Source: Escherichia phage SME50. From it: a stretch of 64,000 nucleotides of DNA. The position numbers and the translations under genes are program-made. The stretch is from sequence record MT887289.1. One strand, written 5' to 3'. Shown piece after piece: positions 31,154 to 40,262 of this stretch; the stretch's first letter is position 1; each line of letters starts with the position of its first letter. Below the pieces are notes generated by a model. It had not been told where the DNA came from. It was given only the letters and a program-made list of their open reading frames with translations, and did not search any database.

Positions 31154-31456
31154 ATGATTATCTCTTTTAATAGTGCTTTATTAGGCACTTATAAGGTTAA
31201 GACTGAACTCCTTGATGAGTGGAAAAAGTATACAAACTCACTTTTTGGTAATGTTGGAATGGAAGCCTTAGCAGAGATTGAGAAGGCTGGAACATTCGAA
31301 GTTGTTGGTAAAGGCCACTTTACAATGTTCTACAAAACAAATTTAAACGTTGGTGACAGTGTTGTTGGTGTCACTGAAGAAGAACTTAAAACATTTTGTG
31401 AAAAGATTGAGAGAGATATCAAATGGGAATCTGGAACAGTTTTAAATCAAAAGTAA
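31154..31456 (+). CDS. hypothetical protein
   Basis: about 100 aa from ATG 31154 with RBS aaaaggtgag; tracked ORF 30998.. overlaps nrdG. Confidence 0.4.
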   Translation: MIISFNSALLGTYKVKTELLDEWKKYTNSLFGNVGMEALAEIEKAGTFEVVGKGHFTMFYKTNLNVGDSVVGVTEEELKTFCEKIERDIKWESGTVLNQK

Positions 31457-31680
31457 AAGCAGCATTGGCATCACTAGGTATGCTCACTGGTGTTGACGTT
31501 ACTCATCTCATGCAGAATTTCAAGATGGATGAGAGGCTGGCTAATGAGATTATGAAAAGCATCTATGTAGGTCGTGGAAAAGGTGGTAAAAAACAAGCAC
31601 ATCGACCAACTGGTGCAGCAGCAATTAAACGTGCAGCTAAAAAAGCTCGTAACCGTAAACGTAACAAGAAGGCTAAATAA
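31423..31680 (+). CDS. small protein with basic C-terminus
   Basis: 85 aa; C-terminal KRAAKKARNRKRNKKAK. Confidence 0.4.
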   Translation: MGIWNSFKSKVKAALASLGMLTGVDVTHLMQNFKMDERLANEIMKSIYVGRGKGGKKQAHRPTGAAAIKRAAKKARNRKRNKKAK

Positions 31681-31682
31681 TC

Positions 31683-32003
31683 ATGAGCAAAGTTTATAAC
31701 ACTCGTAAATTACAGATTTTCGTACTGTGCCAGTTTATGGCTAAAGAGTATAACTGCTACTATTGTGGTACAGGGTTCATCAGTGACAATGACGGTTCAT
31801 ATCTACCATTCAAAGAGGCTGTAAAACTCTTCAATGAAGAGAAAAGCTCTAAGAAAGATATTGAAAAGGTTAAGCTAACCTACAGCAAGAAAGATAAGAA
31901 GATTATCTGCCTAGATAACTTTGTGAAAGTTACTGGAGAAGCAAAAGAGTTTATGGATGAGAGTGAAATCTCATTCACAAGCATCTTGAAAGTAGCTCAG
32001 TAA
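31683..32003 (+). CDS. hypothetical protein
   Basis: 106 aa. Confidence 0.4.
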   Translation: MSKVYNTRKLQIFVLCQFMAKEYNCYYCGTGFISDNDGSYLPFKEAVKLFNEEKSSKKDIEKVKLTYSKKDKKIICLDNFVKVTGEAKEFMDESEISFTSILKVAQ

Positions 32004-32015
32004 ACAGATACTATA

Positions 32016-32045
32016 AGGGGACTGTAAAGGTTCCCTTTTTTATTT
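32016..32045 (+). terminator. intrinsic terminator
   Basis: ggggactgtaaaggttccc plus ttttttatttt. Confidence 0.55.
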
Positions 32046-32055
32046 TGGAGATAAT

Positions 32056-32571
32056 ATGTATCTGTCAAATCTGAAACGTTCTGCTGCAATGTCAGTTCTA
32101 AGACTCAGCTTCGAGGAACGTCAAGAGTTCATTGACTCCCACCAATACGACCCTTCTAACTCAAATCACATGATTCTCTGGAATCGTGATAGTACCCGTG
32201 AAAGAGCACTATTCCGATATTACCCACACTACACTGTAGATAACTTGTATGAATGTTTTGTTGTGAAGAACACCATTGCAGTTCTCAATAAACTTTGCAG
32301 ATACACAGGTAGTCAATCCTTCACATTAGGTCACCACAAGCCTGTTACAAAAGGTGGTGAACATCACTGCGCAAACTGGTTTATCCAAACTAAAGCTGAT
32401 AACCAGAAGCAAGGAGATAGCCTTCTAAGCACTCCTAAGATGACCTATGAAGAGCAAGAGAAATATATCAAAAATAATATGCCAGATGTGCTTGACAACA
32501 ACTATACAGATTTGGCAATATCTCTCCTGTTGAAGTTCGAGACAGTTTATAGGGCAACTTACAATGGCTAA
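32056..32571 (+). CDS. hypothetical protein, possible HNH-like nuclease motif
   Basis: 171 aa; GHHKPVTKGGEHHCANW...NQKQG loosely resembles His-Me finger. Confidence 0.3.
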   Translation: MYLSNLKRSAAMSVLRLSFEERQEFIDSHQYDPSNSNHMILWNRDSTRERALFRYYPHYTVDNLYECFVVKNTIAVLNKLCRYTGSQSFTLGHHKPVTKGGEHHCANWFIQTKADNQKQGDSLLSTPKMTYEEQEKYIKNNMPDVLDNNYTDLAISLLLKFETVYRATYNG

Positions 32572-32842
32572 AGAGAAGTGGGAGATTTTACCACTAGTCA
32601 GTGAGGGTGGTAATGGTTGTGAAATGTATATGATACGAGGTCATGTTCCAGAACCAATTGCACTTGAGATGGTAAACAATTTTACAGATGGCTCTTACAA
32701 AGATTTAGGAGAACCAACTGTCAAGCAACAATGGGTTAAACCTGTACCAGACAGCACAGGTAACTGTAGTGTACTTTATCACGTTGTAGACCCTGCAAAA
32801 TGCAAATCTGCAATGGCAGTAACAAACGTAACTTTTAATTGA
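32564..32842 (+). CDS. hypothetical protein
   Basis: 92 aa. Confidence 0.4.
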   Translation: MAKEKWEILPLVSEGGNGCEMYMIRGHVPEPIALEMVNNFTDGSYKDLGEPTVKQQWVKPVPDSTGNCSVLYHVVDPAKCKSAMAVTNVTFN

Positions 32843-33735
32843 GAGAGAAAACTATGAAAACATCTATCCGTGTTACAGTTCATTCACCAACTAAAGGGAC
32901 TCATGAAGAAGAGTTTAACATCATCCAATTCCCTTCTGGTGAGATTGGTGGACACTTTTCACCAGAGTTTGTTGACTTCACTGCTTATGCAGCATCATCT
33001 ATCAACAATGTGATTATGATTGTAAAAGGTTATGATAAAGATACATTGTTTGCTGTGGCACTTGCTAAAGAGGCGGTGGACAACTTAGTACCTCATAAGT
33101 TTGCTATGAAGACTGTCATCTTTTACTATTTGCCAAATGCACGTTACGACCGTCACATGTTTAAAGGTGATGCAGCAGCTTTGAAAGTGTTTGCACAACA
33201 GGTTAATGCAATGGGTTTCGATGCAGTCTGTGCAGTTGACTCTCACAGTTATGTACCAGATAACCTGTTTAACTGCTTCCAGAGTATCCCCCAAAAGGAG
33301 ATTGCAGTCCACTATGCGAATGACCCACTGGTTGATTACTTAGTAGCCCCAGATGCAGGTGCTGCTAAGAAGATTGCAGAGACCGCTAAAGAGGTGGATA
33401 AACCATACATCACAATGTCTAAAGTGCGTAACCTTAAGACTGGTGAGATTACCGGTATGCGAATCCTCGATGATGTTGATTTGACAGATAAAACTGTCAT
33501 GATTCTGGACGACATCTGTGATGGAGGTCGTACCTTCATAGAGGCAGCTAAACATCTCCGTGAAGCAGGTGCAAAACGTGTGGAACTCTATGTAACACAT
33601 GGTATCTTCTCTAAAGATGTTGAAAACCTTCTTGACAACGGTATTGACCACATCTACACTACAAACTCTTTAGGGGAAGCTAAAGACCGTGGATTAACAC
33701 ATTATAGTCAAGTTACTGTAGCAAATTTGGATTAG
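32839..33735 (+). CDS. ribose-phosphate pyrophosphokinase (Prs)-fold enzyme; candidate ADP-ribose pyrophosphate synthetase
   Basis: 298 aa; PRPP-binding-type motif VMILDDICDGGRT; N-terminal half diverged from housekeeping Prs; adjacent to Nampt-like gene. Confidence 0.65.
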   Translation: MREKTMKTSIRVTVHSPTKGTHEEEFNIIQFPSGEIGGHFSPEFVDFTAYAASSINNVIMIVKGYDKDTLFAVALAKEAVDNLVPHKFAMKTVIFYYLPNARYDRHMFKGDAAALKVFAQQVNAMGFDAVCAVDSHSYVPDNLFNCFQSIPQKEIAVHYANDPLVDYLVAPDAGAAKKIAETAKEVDKPYITMSKVRNLKTGEITGMRILDDVDLTDKTVMILDDICDGGRTFIEAAKHLREAGAKRVELYVTHGIFSKDVENLLDNGIDHIYTTNSLGEAKDRGLTHYSQVTVANLD

Positions 33736-33743
33736 GTATTAAA

Positions 33744-34235
33744 ATGGATAAGGGTTACTTCGAAAAATACCTAAGATACGAACCAGAGACAGGTTTACTA
33801 ATTTGGAAAGTAACCCTTTGCAATACCGCTATTGCTGGCAATGTTGCTGGCACAAGGTCTAAGAAGGGTTATATCCAAGTTCAGATAAATAAGAAGAGGT
33901 ACTATGCACATAATATTGCATGGATTATGTCTGGAGGTGAGATACCAAGTGGATATGAGATAGACCACATAGACCTTGATAAAACTAATAATAAGTTGGA
34001 GAACTTAAGACTTAGCACAAAGTCACAAAATCAGAGGAATAGAGGCATACACAAGAATAATAAAACTGGTGTGAAGGGTGTAAGTTTTTGTAAACAAACA
34101 GGTCTTTACAAAGCAAGAGTCATGCTTTACCATAAAGAATACTTTTGTGGAAGATTTAAAACGGTAGAAGAAGCAAAAGAAGCTGTAATTAAAAAGCGAA
34201 TAGAACTTCATGGTGAGTTTGCAAGACATAACTAA
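33744..34235 (+). CDS. HNH homing endonuclease with AP2-like DNA-binding domain
   Basis: 163 aa; EIDHIDLDKTNNKLENLRLSTKSQN (HNH) plus GVKGVSF...YKARV... (AP2-like); free-standing between Prs-like and Nampt-like genes. Confidence 0.7.
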   Translation: MDKGYFEKYLRYEPETGLLIWKVTLCNTAIAGNVAGTRSKKGYIQVQINKKRYYAHNIAWIMSGGEIPSGYEIDHIDLDKTNNKLENLRLSTKSQNQRNRGIHKNNKTGVKGVSFCKQTGLYKARVMLYHKEYFCGRFKTVEEAKEAVIKKRIELHGEFARHN

Positions 34236-34249
34236 GAGAGAGATAAAAT

Positions 34250-36031
34250 ATGAGTAATTCACTTTACGCAGTACCAGCAGGTCTTAATGCAGATGCTTAC
34301 AAGGCATCACATATATATCAGTATCCAGATGCTACACAGTATCTTATGTTGAACCTGACACCACGTAGTGACAAATGGTTTAACAGCCCCTTAGCAATTG
34401 ACGGTGTAGTGGCTTTTGGTATTCAACGTTTTGTTAAAGATTACCTGATAGACCACTGGAACGCCACCTTCTTCGAACGTGACAAAAAAGAAGCAATTGA
34501 TGAAATCTTAGAAGTCATGAACGGCGTTCTGGGTAAAGATGCTATTGGTCGAGAACATTGGGAAGCACTCCACGACTTAGGTTATCTACCAGTTGAAGTC
34601 TACGCTGTAGAAGAAGGTACAGTTGTCCCTATGCGTGTGCCAATGATTGTCTTCCAGAACACTGTTTCAGGTTTCCATTGGGTAGCGGGGTATCTGGAAG
34701 ATGCTTTCTCTGCTGAGATTTGGAAGGCTTGTACCATTGCAACTATTGCATTGCACTACAAACGTATCTGTAAGAAGTGGTCTGACCTTACTTGTGACAA
34801 CGACTTGCATTTGCCTTATCAGTGCCATGATTTTGCTATGCGTGGTATGTCCGGCTTTACTGATGACGCATTTAACGCTGTAGGCCACTTAACCAGCTTT
34901 AAAGGGACTGATAGCTTCCCTGCTGTATATACAGCTAAACGCATCTACGGTCAGTCCTACCCAATCTCTGATATTGGTAGCTCTGTACCAGCCACTGAAC
35001 ACTCTGTAATGTGTGCAAACATTGCTTGGGAAGGTGGTAATGAGTTGATTGAAGAAGAAAGACGCTTTAAAGGTGAGTTACAAACCTTCCGTCGATTCTT
35101 AACAGAGACTTACCCAACTGGTATTGCAAGTGTTGTTTCAGATACTTATAATTTCTGGAGAACTGTATCAGTCATATTGCCAGAACTCCGTAAAGAGATT
35201 ATGGAACGTGATGGAAAACTGGTAATTCGTCCTGACTCTGGAGACCCTGTACATATTGTCACAGGCTATAAAGCAATCCACTTAGAGTGTGCTAAAAAGG
35301 CTTATTACGAACACCTAAGCAAGCTGGAAGCCAGCGACACAATGTTGAATGCTGTTCTGAACATGAAGCTTGAAAACATCAACTATGGTATTGCTGGGTG
35401 GCTACTGTCAGAAGGCTACGAAATGGTTGTTGACAGAGAAGACTTTGAAGTTGCTGATACAGTGCTGTTGAAAAATGCTTACATGGTTGGTTCTGCAAAC
35501 GTTGTAACACGTCCTGTAGCAGAGATTGATGGTGCTATTAAGACCCTGTATAACATCTTTGGAGGGACTATCAACTCTAAAGGTTTTAAGGTACTGGATG
35601 AGCACATTGGCCTTATTTATGGTGACTCTATCACGTTGGAACGTGCAAACGAAATCCTGAAACGTTTGTATGAAATGGGTTTTGCAAGCTCTAACGTAGT
35701 GTTTGGTGTAGGTTCTTATACTTACCAGTACATGACTCGTGACACCTTTGCATTTGCTGTCAAAGCAACTCTTGCAAGTATTGGTGGTAAAGAGATTATG
35801 CTTGCAAAAGACCCTAAAACAGATAGCGGTGTTAAGAAGTCTGCTTTTGGTGGTGTAGCACCCATGTGGGATGGTGATAAGCTGAAAGCTGTAGATGGCT
35901 ATGGATTCCAGAGCTTTGCAGATGTGCTTGAACATCCAGCTTGTGCTTTACGTTTAGTCTTTAGTGACTCTGAGCAGTTCGGTTACACAACTCTTGGTGA
36001 TATTCGAAATAATATTGACAAGCAACTTTAA
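34250..36031 (+). CDS. nicotinamide phosphoribosyltransferase (Nampt)-family enzyme; candidate nicotinamide ADPR transferase
   Basis: 593 aa; Nampt-like core including SVVSDTYNFW and GDSIT motifs. Confidence 0.7.
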   Translation: MSNSLYAVPAGLNADAYKASHIYQYPDATQYLMLNLTPRSDKWFNSPLAIDGVVAFGIQRFVKDYLIDHWNATFFERDKKEAIDEILEVMNGVLGKDAIGREHWEALHDLGYLPVEVYAVEEGTVVPMRVPMIVFQNTVSGFHWVAGYLEDAFSAEIWKACTIATIALHYKRICKKWSDLTCDNDLHLPYQCHDFAMRGMSGFTDDAFNAVGHLTSFKGTDSFPAVYTAKRIYGQSYPISDIGSSVPATEHSVMCANIAWEGGNELIEEERRFKGELQTFRRFLTETYPTGIASVVSDTYNFWRTVSVILPELRKEIMERDGKLVIRPDSGDPVHIVTGYKAIHLECAKKAYYEHLSKLEASDTMLNAVLNMKLENINYGIAGWLLSEGYEMVVDREDFEVADTVLLKNAYMVGSANVVTRPVAEIDGAIKTLYNIFGGTINSKGFKVLDEHIGLIYGDSITLERANEILKRLYEMGFASSNVVFGVGSYTYQYMTRDTFAFAVKATLASIGGKEIMLAKDPKTDSGVKKSAFGGVAPMWDGDKLKAVDGYGFQSFADVLEHPACALRLVFSDSEQFGYTTLGDIRNNIDKQL

Positions 36032-36044
36032 AAGTATATGATAA

Positions 36045-36070
36045 GAGGCTCCTACGGGAGCCTTTTTAAT
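36045..36070 (+). terminator. intrinsic terminator
   Basis: aggctcctacgggagcct plus ttttaattt. Confidence 0.6.
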
Positions 36071-36084
36071 TTCTGGAGAAGATT

Positions 36085-36420
36085 ATGAAAATCAAAGAAA
36101 TGAATATCAACATTGTCTTAGAAGAACGTTGGGAGAACATCAAGAAGCCTGAAAATGGTCATAAGTTCCTCAACAAAATCTTAGTGGCAGCTAAAGAAGA
36201 ACTGACTGGCAAGGTTGCAGCAGCAATCACAATAAAGGTGTGTGTAAAAGGTCTTCCAGACAATCACCAATTTGCACTTGACGAGTTTAAAGAAAGCTTC
36301 TACAATCCAAACAAACAGATGCTTGAAAGTAACTTTGCAGTATCTACAAGTATCGTTCATGACAGAAGCTTTATCCTTTACAAGAATATGAGAGGTGAGT
36401 CATGCAAGCATATTGGATAG
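36085..36420 (+). CDS. hypothetical protein
   Basis: 111 aa. Confidence 0.45.
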   Translation: MKIKEMNINIVLEERWENIKKPENGHKFLNKILVAAKEELTGKVAAAITIKVCVKGLPDNHQFALDEFKESFYNPNKQMLESNFAVSTSIVHDRSFILYKNMRGESCKHIG

Positions 36421-36578
36421 AAATTTTACTGTCACTTGGTAGTGTAGCAGTGTTCGTTTACCTTCTTTGCAAGTACTATGCAGAGCACAAAAAATGTGAC
36501 TTCTGTGACGGAGAAGGTTATACAAGAGCAGGTTGCTGCCCTATGTGTGGCGGTTCTGGTAAAATGTTTAATAAGTAA
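36402..36578 (+). CDS. small membrane protein with C-terminal zinc ribbon (below ORF-track cutoff)
   Basis: 58 aa; MQAYWIEILLSLGSVAVFVYLLC TM then CDFCDGEG...CPMCGGSG. Confidence 0.3.
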   Translation: MQAYWIEILLSLGSVAVFVYLLCKYYAEHKKCDFCDGEGYTRAGCCPMCGGSGKMFNK

Positions 36579-36606
36579 TTTAACAGTAAACTAAGAGGAA
36601 AGTATT

Positions 36607-38973
36607 ATGCGCATGGTAAATGACCACGCAGAAGTGATTAAGAGTTCAACTTCTTTAGAGACGTCTCAAGCACAGATTACAATGACACCTGAAATGTTCA
36701 GCCTTTTGAGTTCTGGTGTATATACCTTTAAAGAAAGGGCAGTTATTCGTGAACTGTCATGTAACGCAGTAGATGCTCAGAAAGAAGCTGGAAAAGAGAA
36801 CATCCCGTTCCATGTGCATTTACCTACTCGTTTTGAGCCTTACTTTGAAGTTCGTGATTTTGGAACTGGATTGACTCATGATAAAGTTATGAGTTTGTAT
36901 CTAAATTACGGGGCTTCTACGAAGAATGACTCTAATGACTACATTGGTGCAATGGGTATCGGCTCAAAATCCCCATTTGCAATTGCTCAGTCATTCACAG
37001 TATCTAGCTATGTTGATGGTGTTGTCAATAAGTACTCTGTTTACCTTGAGAATGGTATCCCTCAAGTAACTAAGCTGACCACTAACCCAACAAAAGAACC
37101 TAATGGTTTAGCTGTACGTGTAGCAGTTGCTGACCACCGTATTTCAAAGTTCTTTGAAGAAGCTGGTCATGTGTACTCATACTTTGCTGTAAAACCAGAA
37201 AGTAATATCGAGTATGATGATGTATTAGCAGATATGAATGTCATTGCCCGTGAAGAAGGTGTTTATGATGCCATGATTCACAAACAAAGCTGGCGTTCTA
37301 GTGGTAACAGGACAGAGTTTAATGTGGTGATGGGTAATATCGCCTATCCAGTGAACATGGAAGCACTACTTGGTGATGATTTCTTCAAAGTCTTGCCAGA
37401 GTTTTTCCGTAGAAGCGTAGACCTTGTAAACATCTACATGCCTATTGGTTCAGTTGCTATTGCAGCTTCTCGTGAAGCATTGCAGATGAACGACACGACA
37501 AAAAATGTTATCATCGAGGCTACTAAAAAGATAACTGAAGCAATTACAAAGGATGTTATCAAGAAAGTTAATAGTCAACCTACACTCATGGATGCTGCAC
37601 AGGCTTATGCTGAGTTACGCTTGAACTCACGAGAGATGTTTAATGCTGTGTGTCCAAAGCTAGAGTGGGGAGGCGTTAAGCTTGATTCTCTGGAAGAAGA
37701 ATTACTAAACATTCGTCGTGGAATTATCTACGCAGAAGACGGCTCAGTTATCTATGAACGTGATGGTAAAGGTAATATTAAGGTTGATAGGAACGGAAAC
37801 AATATCCCTAAAGTAGATTATCTTTATAATCCAGTTGCTTATGTTAAGTTCAACTCTTTAGAAAGTAAGATTCGTGCAACAGCACTTTCCTACACTCAAG
37901 AGGCAAGTATGTTCAATATCTTTGGTGCAATGCGCAAAAGCCAAATTGAACAGTTTTTGTTTGTTATCAATGACCGTCGCAATAAAAACGGTACTGAGAA
38001 AACTGTAGGACGCAACCAGATTCTGCGTGGTGCATGTCGAGACTATGCCAGTGAGTCAAGTCTGTTTCACAGATACAATGGCATTGTCTTTGTATTCTCT
38101 ACTGAGAAAGAGCTAGACGACTTAATCAATCTGCACAAACTTGATAAAAGCTTGTTAAAGATTGTGAAGATGTCTGACAAGGAACATCATTATCAGCGTA
38201 AAGAAGCTGTAAGAGGTGTTGTAAAACTCTGGAAAGCTGTTCCAGCAGAAGGTGTAGCTTCATACAAAGAGGTGTCAGAAGACTTAGATACGATTGAAGA
38301 ACCTCAGCTTTACATTAAGGCAGTCGGTGACACAGTTGATGGTGAATGTTTTTGCTCATCTCCAGAAGATGTAGCTAAGTCAGTTGCCAATGTCATTGAA
38401 AAGACAGTCTATGTTTTCCGAAAAGCAAATTGGAAAAAGATACCAGAAGACTGGATTGAAGTAGATGAGAAGCTCTTGAACGACAGCTTAACTGATATTC
38501 ACTGGATTAATCATAACAGGTATATGACACGTATCTATATGAATGGTGTCCTAGACCTTACAAGCAGTTGGATTATTGCCAGAAACTTTACGTTCAATAA
38601 CAGGAAGATTTCTCGCGGCTATTGCTATTCACGAGACACAAACAAAACTATCTTCTTAGAAGGTAATGAAGATGCTGTTGAGGCAATGTTCGGTAAAATC
38701 CAATACGTTGCTGCACCATTTGCATACACTTACACTATTAGTGTGTTGCAAGATTTGAAAAGGTGTCTTGATAATGATACAAAGCTTTACAAGAAAATTA
38801 AGAAAGCTGGTGACCGTATGGTCATTAAGGTGACAAACTATCTTTTAAAAAGAAAACAAGAAAACTTCTTGCTTTCTCATTTAGATTGGAATAAAGTGTC
38901 ACCCATCGAAGTGAGTAAGTTCTTAGGCTTTGATGTGAAGTGTGTTCCAGAAGGGACTACAATTTACGATTAA
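36607..38973 (+). CDS. rIIA: rIIA-like protein with N-terminal GHKL ATPase fold
   Basis: 788 aa; GHKL N-box ELSCNAVDA, G1 VRDFGTGL, G2 IGAMGIGSKS; followed by rIIB-like gene. Confidence 0.55.
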   Translation: MRMVNDHAEVIKSSTSLETSQAQITMTPEMFSLLSSGVYTFKERAVIRELSCNAVDAQKEAGKENIPFHVHLPTRFEPYFEVRDFGTGLTHDKVMSLYLNYGASTKNDSNDYIGAMGIGSKSPFAIAQSFTVSSYVDGVVNKYSVYLENGIPQVTKLTTNPTKEPNGLAVRVAVADHRISKFFEEAGHVYSYFAVKPESNIEYDDVLADMNVIAREEGVYDAMIHKQSWRSSGNRTEFNVVMGNIAYPVNMEALLGDDFFKVLPEFFRRSVDLVNIYMPIGSVAIAASREALQMNDTTKNVIIEATKKITEAITKDVIKKVNSQPTLMDAAQAYAELRLNSREMFNAVCPKLEWGGVKLDSLEEELLNIRRGIIYAEDGSVIYERDGKGNIKVDRNGNNIPKVDYLYNPVAYVKFNSLESKIRATALSYTQEASMFNIFGAMRKSQIEQFLFVINDRRNKNGTEKTVGRNQILRGACRDYASESSLFHRYNGIVFVFSTEKELDDLINLHKLDKSLLKIVKMSDKEHHYQRKEAVRGVVKLWKAVPAEGVASYKEVSEDLDTIEEPQLYIKAVGDTVDGECFCSSPEDVAKSVANVIEKTVYVFRKANWKKIPEDWIEVDEKLLNDSLTDIHWINHNRYMTRIYMNGVLDLTSSWIIARNFTFNNRKISRGYCYSRDTNKTIFLEGNEDAVEAMFGKIQYVAAPFAYTYTISVLQDLKRCLDNDTKLYKKIKKAGDRMVIKVTNYLLKRKQENFLLSHLDWNKVSPIEVSKFLGFDVKCVPEGTTIYD

Positions 38974-39052
38974 AGTGTTTGACAAGGGGCTTTGAAGCCC
39001 CTTAGAATATCCTTACAAAATGATTTATTAACTGACAAGAGAGAGTAATAAG

Positions 39053-40162
39053 ATGACTACTAAAACTAAAGCACAGATTGACGCAGAAATTTACAAACTG
39101 GTTAAAGAAGGTAAGCTGACTAAAACAGCTATTGCACAGAAGTTCAATACTTCAACCCGTTCAGTTGGTCGTGCTGTAGAGCGTCATGAAGCAACCTTAA
39201 AAGGTAAGAAAAAGGTAGCTTCGACACCAGCTAAGAAGACTTTGAAGCAAGTTGCTAAGACCTTTAAAAAGAAAGCTGACAAACCAGTTGAAAAGGTTGT
39301 TAAAGAGTCTGTACAGAAAGCTCCAGTAAATAAACTGCATGAAGCTATGCAGAAAGATGACAAGATTGAGTACATGATTACTGGTGACTCTGTAATTATG
39401 ACTTACGGTTCAGAATCTGAAATTGTTGAGTCTACTCATCCGAACTATCAAGAGATTGTAGTCCATGTTGTGAAAGGTGAGTTCAAGAAAGCCTTTGAAC
39501 TGATGAATATTCGTAAGTCTATCGAAAACTTCACTCAGGGTGCTATCACAATCAAAGGTGACAAGTTATTCTACGGTGCTGTTGAGATGCGTTCTACTCT
39601 GGTTGACCGTATCCTTCACATGATGAAGACTGGTGATAAAGGTTTTGAACGCCTTGTAATGTTCTTCGAAAAACTGATGGAAAACCCATCTAAAGATTCT
39701 GTAGAACAACTTTGGGGATTCGTATCTCACCTTGATGTTGAAATTGATGAAGAAGGCTACATCATTGGTTGGAAGAAAGTCTCTACTCGTGAAGGCAAGC
39801 TGGTTGACTCTCACACCTACAAAGTACCTAATGATTTGGGTAACATTGTAGAAATGCCACGTTGGATGGTTGATAACAACCGTAACGTAACTTGCTCTCA
39901 GGGTCTTCATGTTGGTGCTTGGGATTATGTTCGTTGCTTCTCAGGCGATACAATCCTGAAGGTTCGTGTCCATCCACGAGATGTTGTATCTGTTCCGACT
40001 GATTACAACGATATGAAGATGCGTTCATCCCGTTATGAAGTTGCAGCAATCGTTGATAATCAACGTAAAGTGCTGAAAGCATGGGATGGTAAGACTGAAG
40101 CTTTGCATGTCATCGTTGGCACTGCTGGTGAACTCATCTCTCAACGTAAACGTGAAATCTAA
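39053..40162 (+). CDS. rIIB: rIIB-like protein
   Basis: 369 aa; N-terminal HTH-like region; conserved blocks LVDRIL...LMENPS and CSQGLHVG...VHPRDVVSVPTDYNDMKMR recalled from T4 rIIB. Confidence 0.55.
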   Translation: MTTKTKAQIDAEIYKLVKEGKLTKTAIAQKFNTSTRSVGRAVERHEATLKGKKKVASTPAKKTLKQVAKTFKKKADKPVEKVVKESVQKAPVNKLHEAMQKDDKIEYMITGDSVIMTYGSESEIVESTHPNYQEIVVHVVKGEFKKAFELMNIRKSIENFTQGAITIKGDKLFYGAVEMRSTLVDRILHMMKTGDKGFERLVMFFEKLMENPSKDSVEQLWGFVSHLDVEIDEEGYIIGWKKVSTREGKLVDSHTYKVPNDLGNIVEMPRWMVDNNRNVTCSQGLHVGAWDYVRCFSGDTILKVRVHPRDVVSVPTDYNDMKMRSSRYEVAAIVDNQRKVLKAWDGKTEALHVIVGTAGELISQRKREI

Positions 40163-40177
40163 TAAGTAATTTCTTAA

Positions 40178-40206
40178 AAGGCTGCTTCGGCGGCCTTTTT
40201 TATTTG
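40178..40206 (+). terminator. intrinsic terminator
   Basis: aaggctgcttcggcggcctt plus ttttatttg. Confidence 0.55.
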
Positions 40207-40262
40207 TATTTTGTGCAGAGTGCTGTATAATTGTTGTCACGATAAACTAAACAGGAGAACCA

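Noticed and set aside
39184-40240. Minus-strand ORFs within and after rIIB-like gene
   Set aside because: Antisense to a conserved plus-strand gene; no expression signals.
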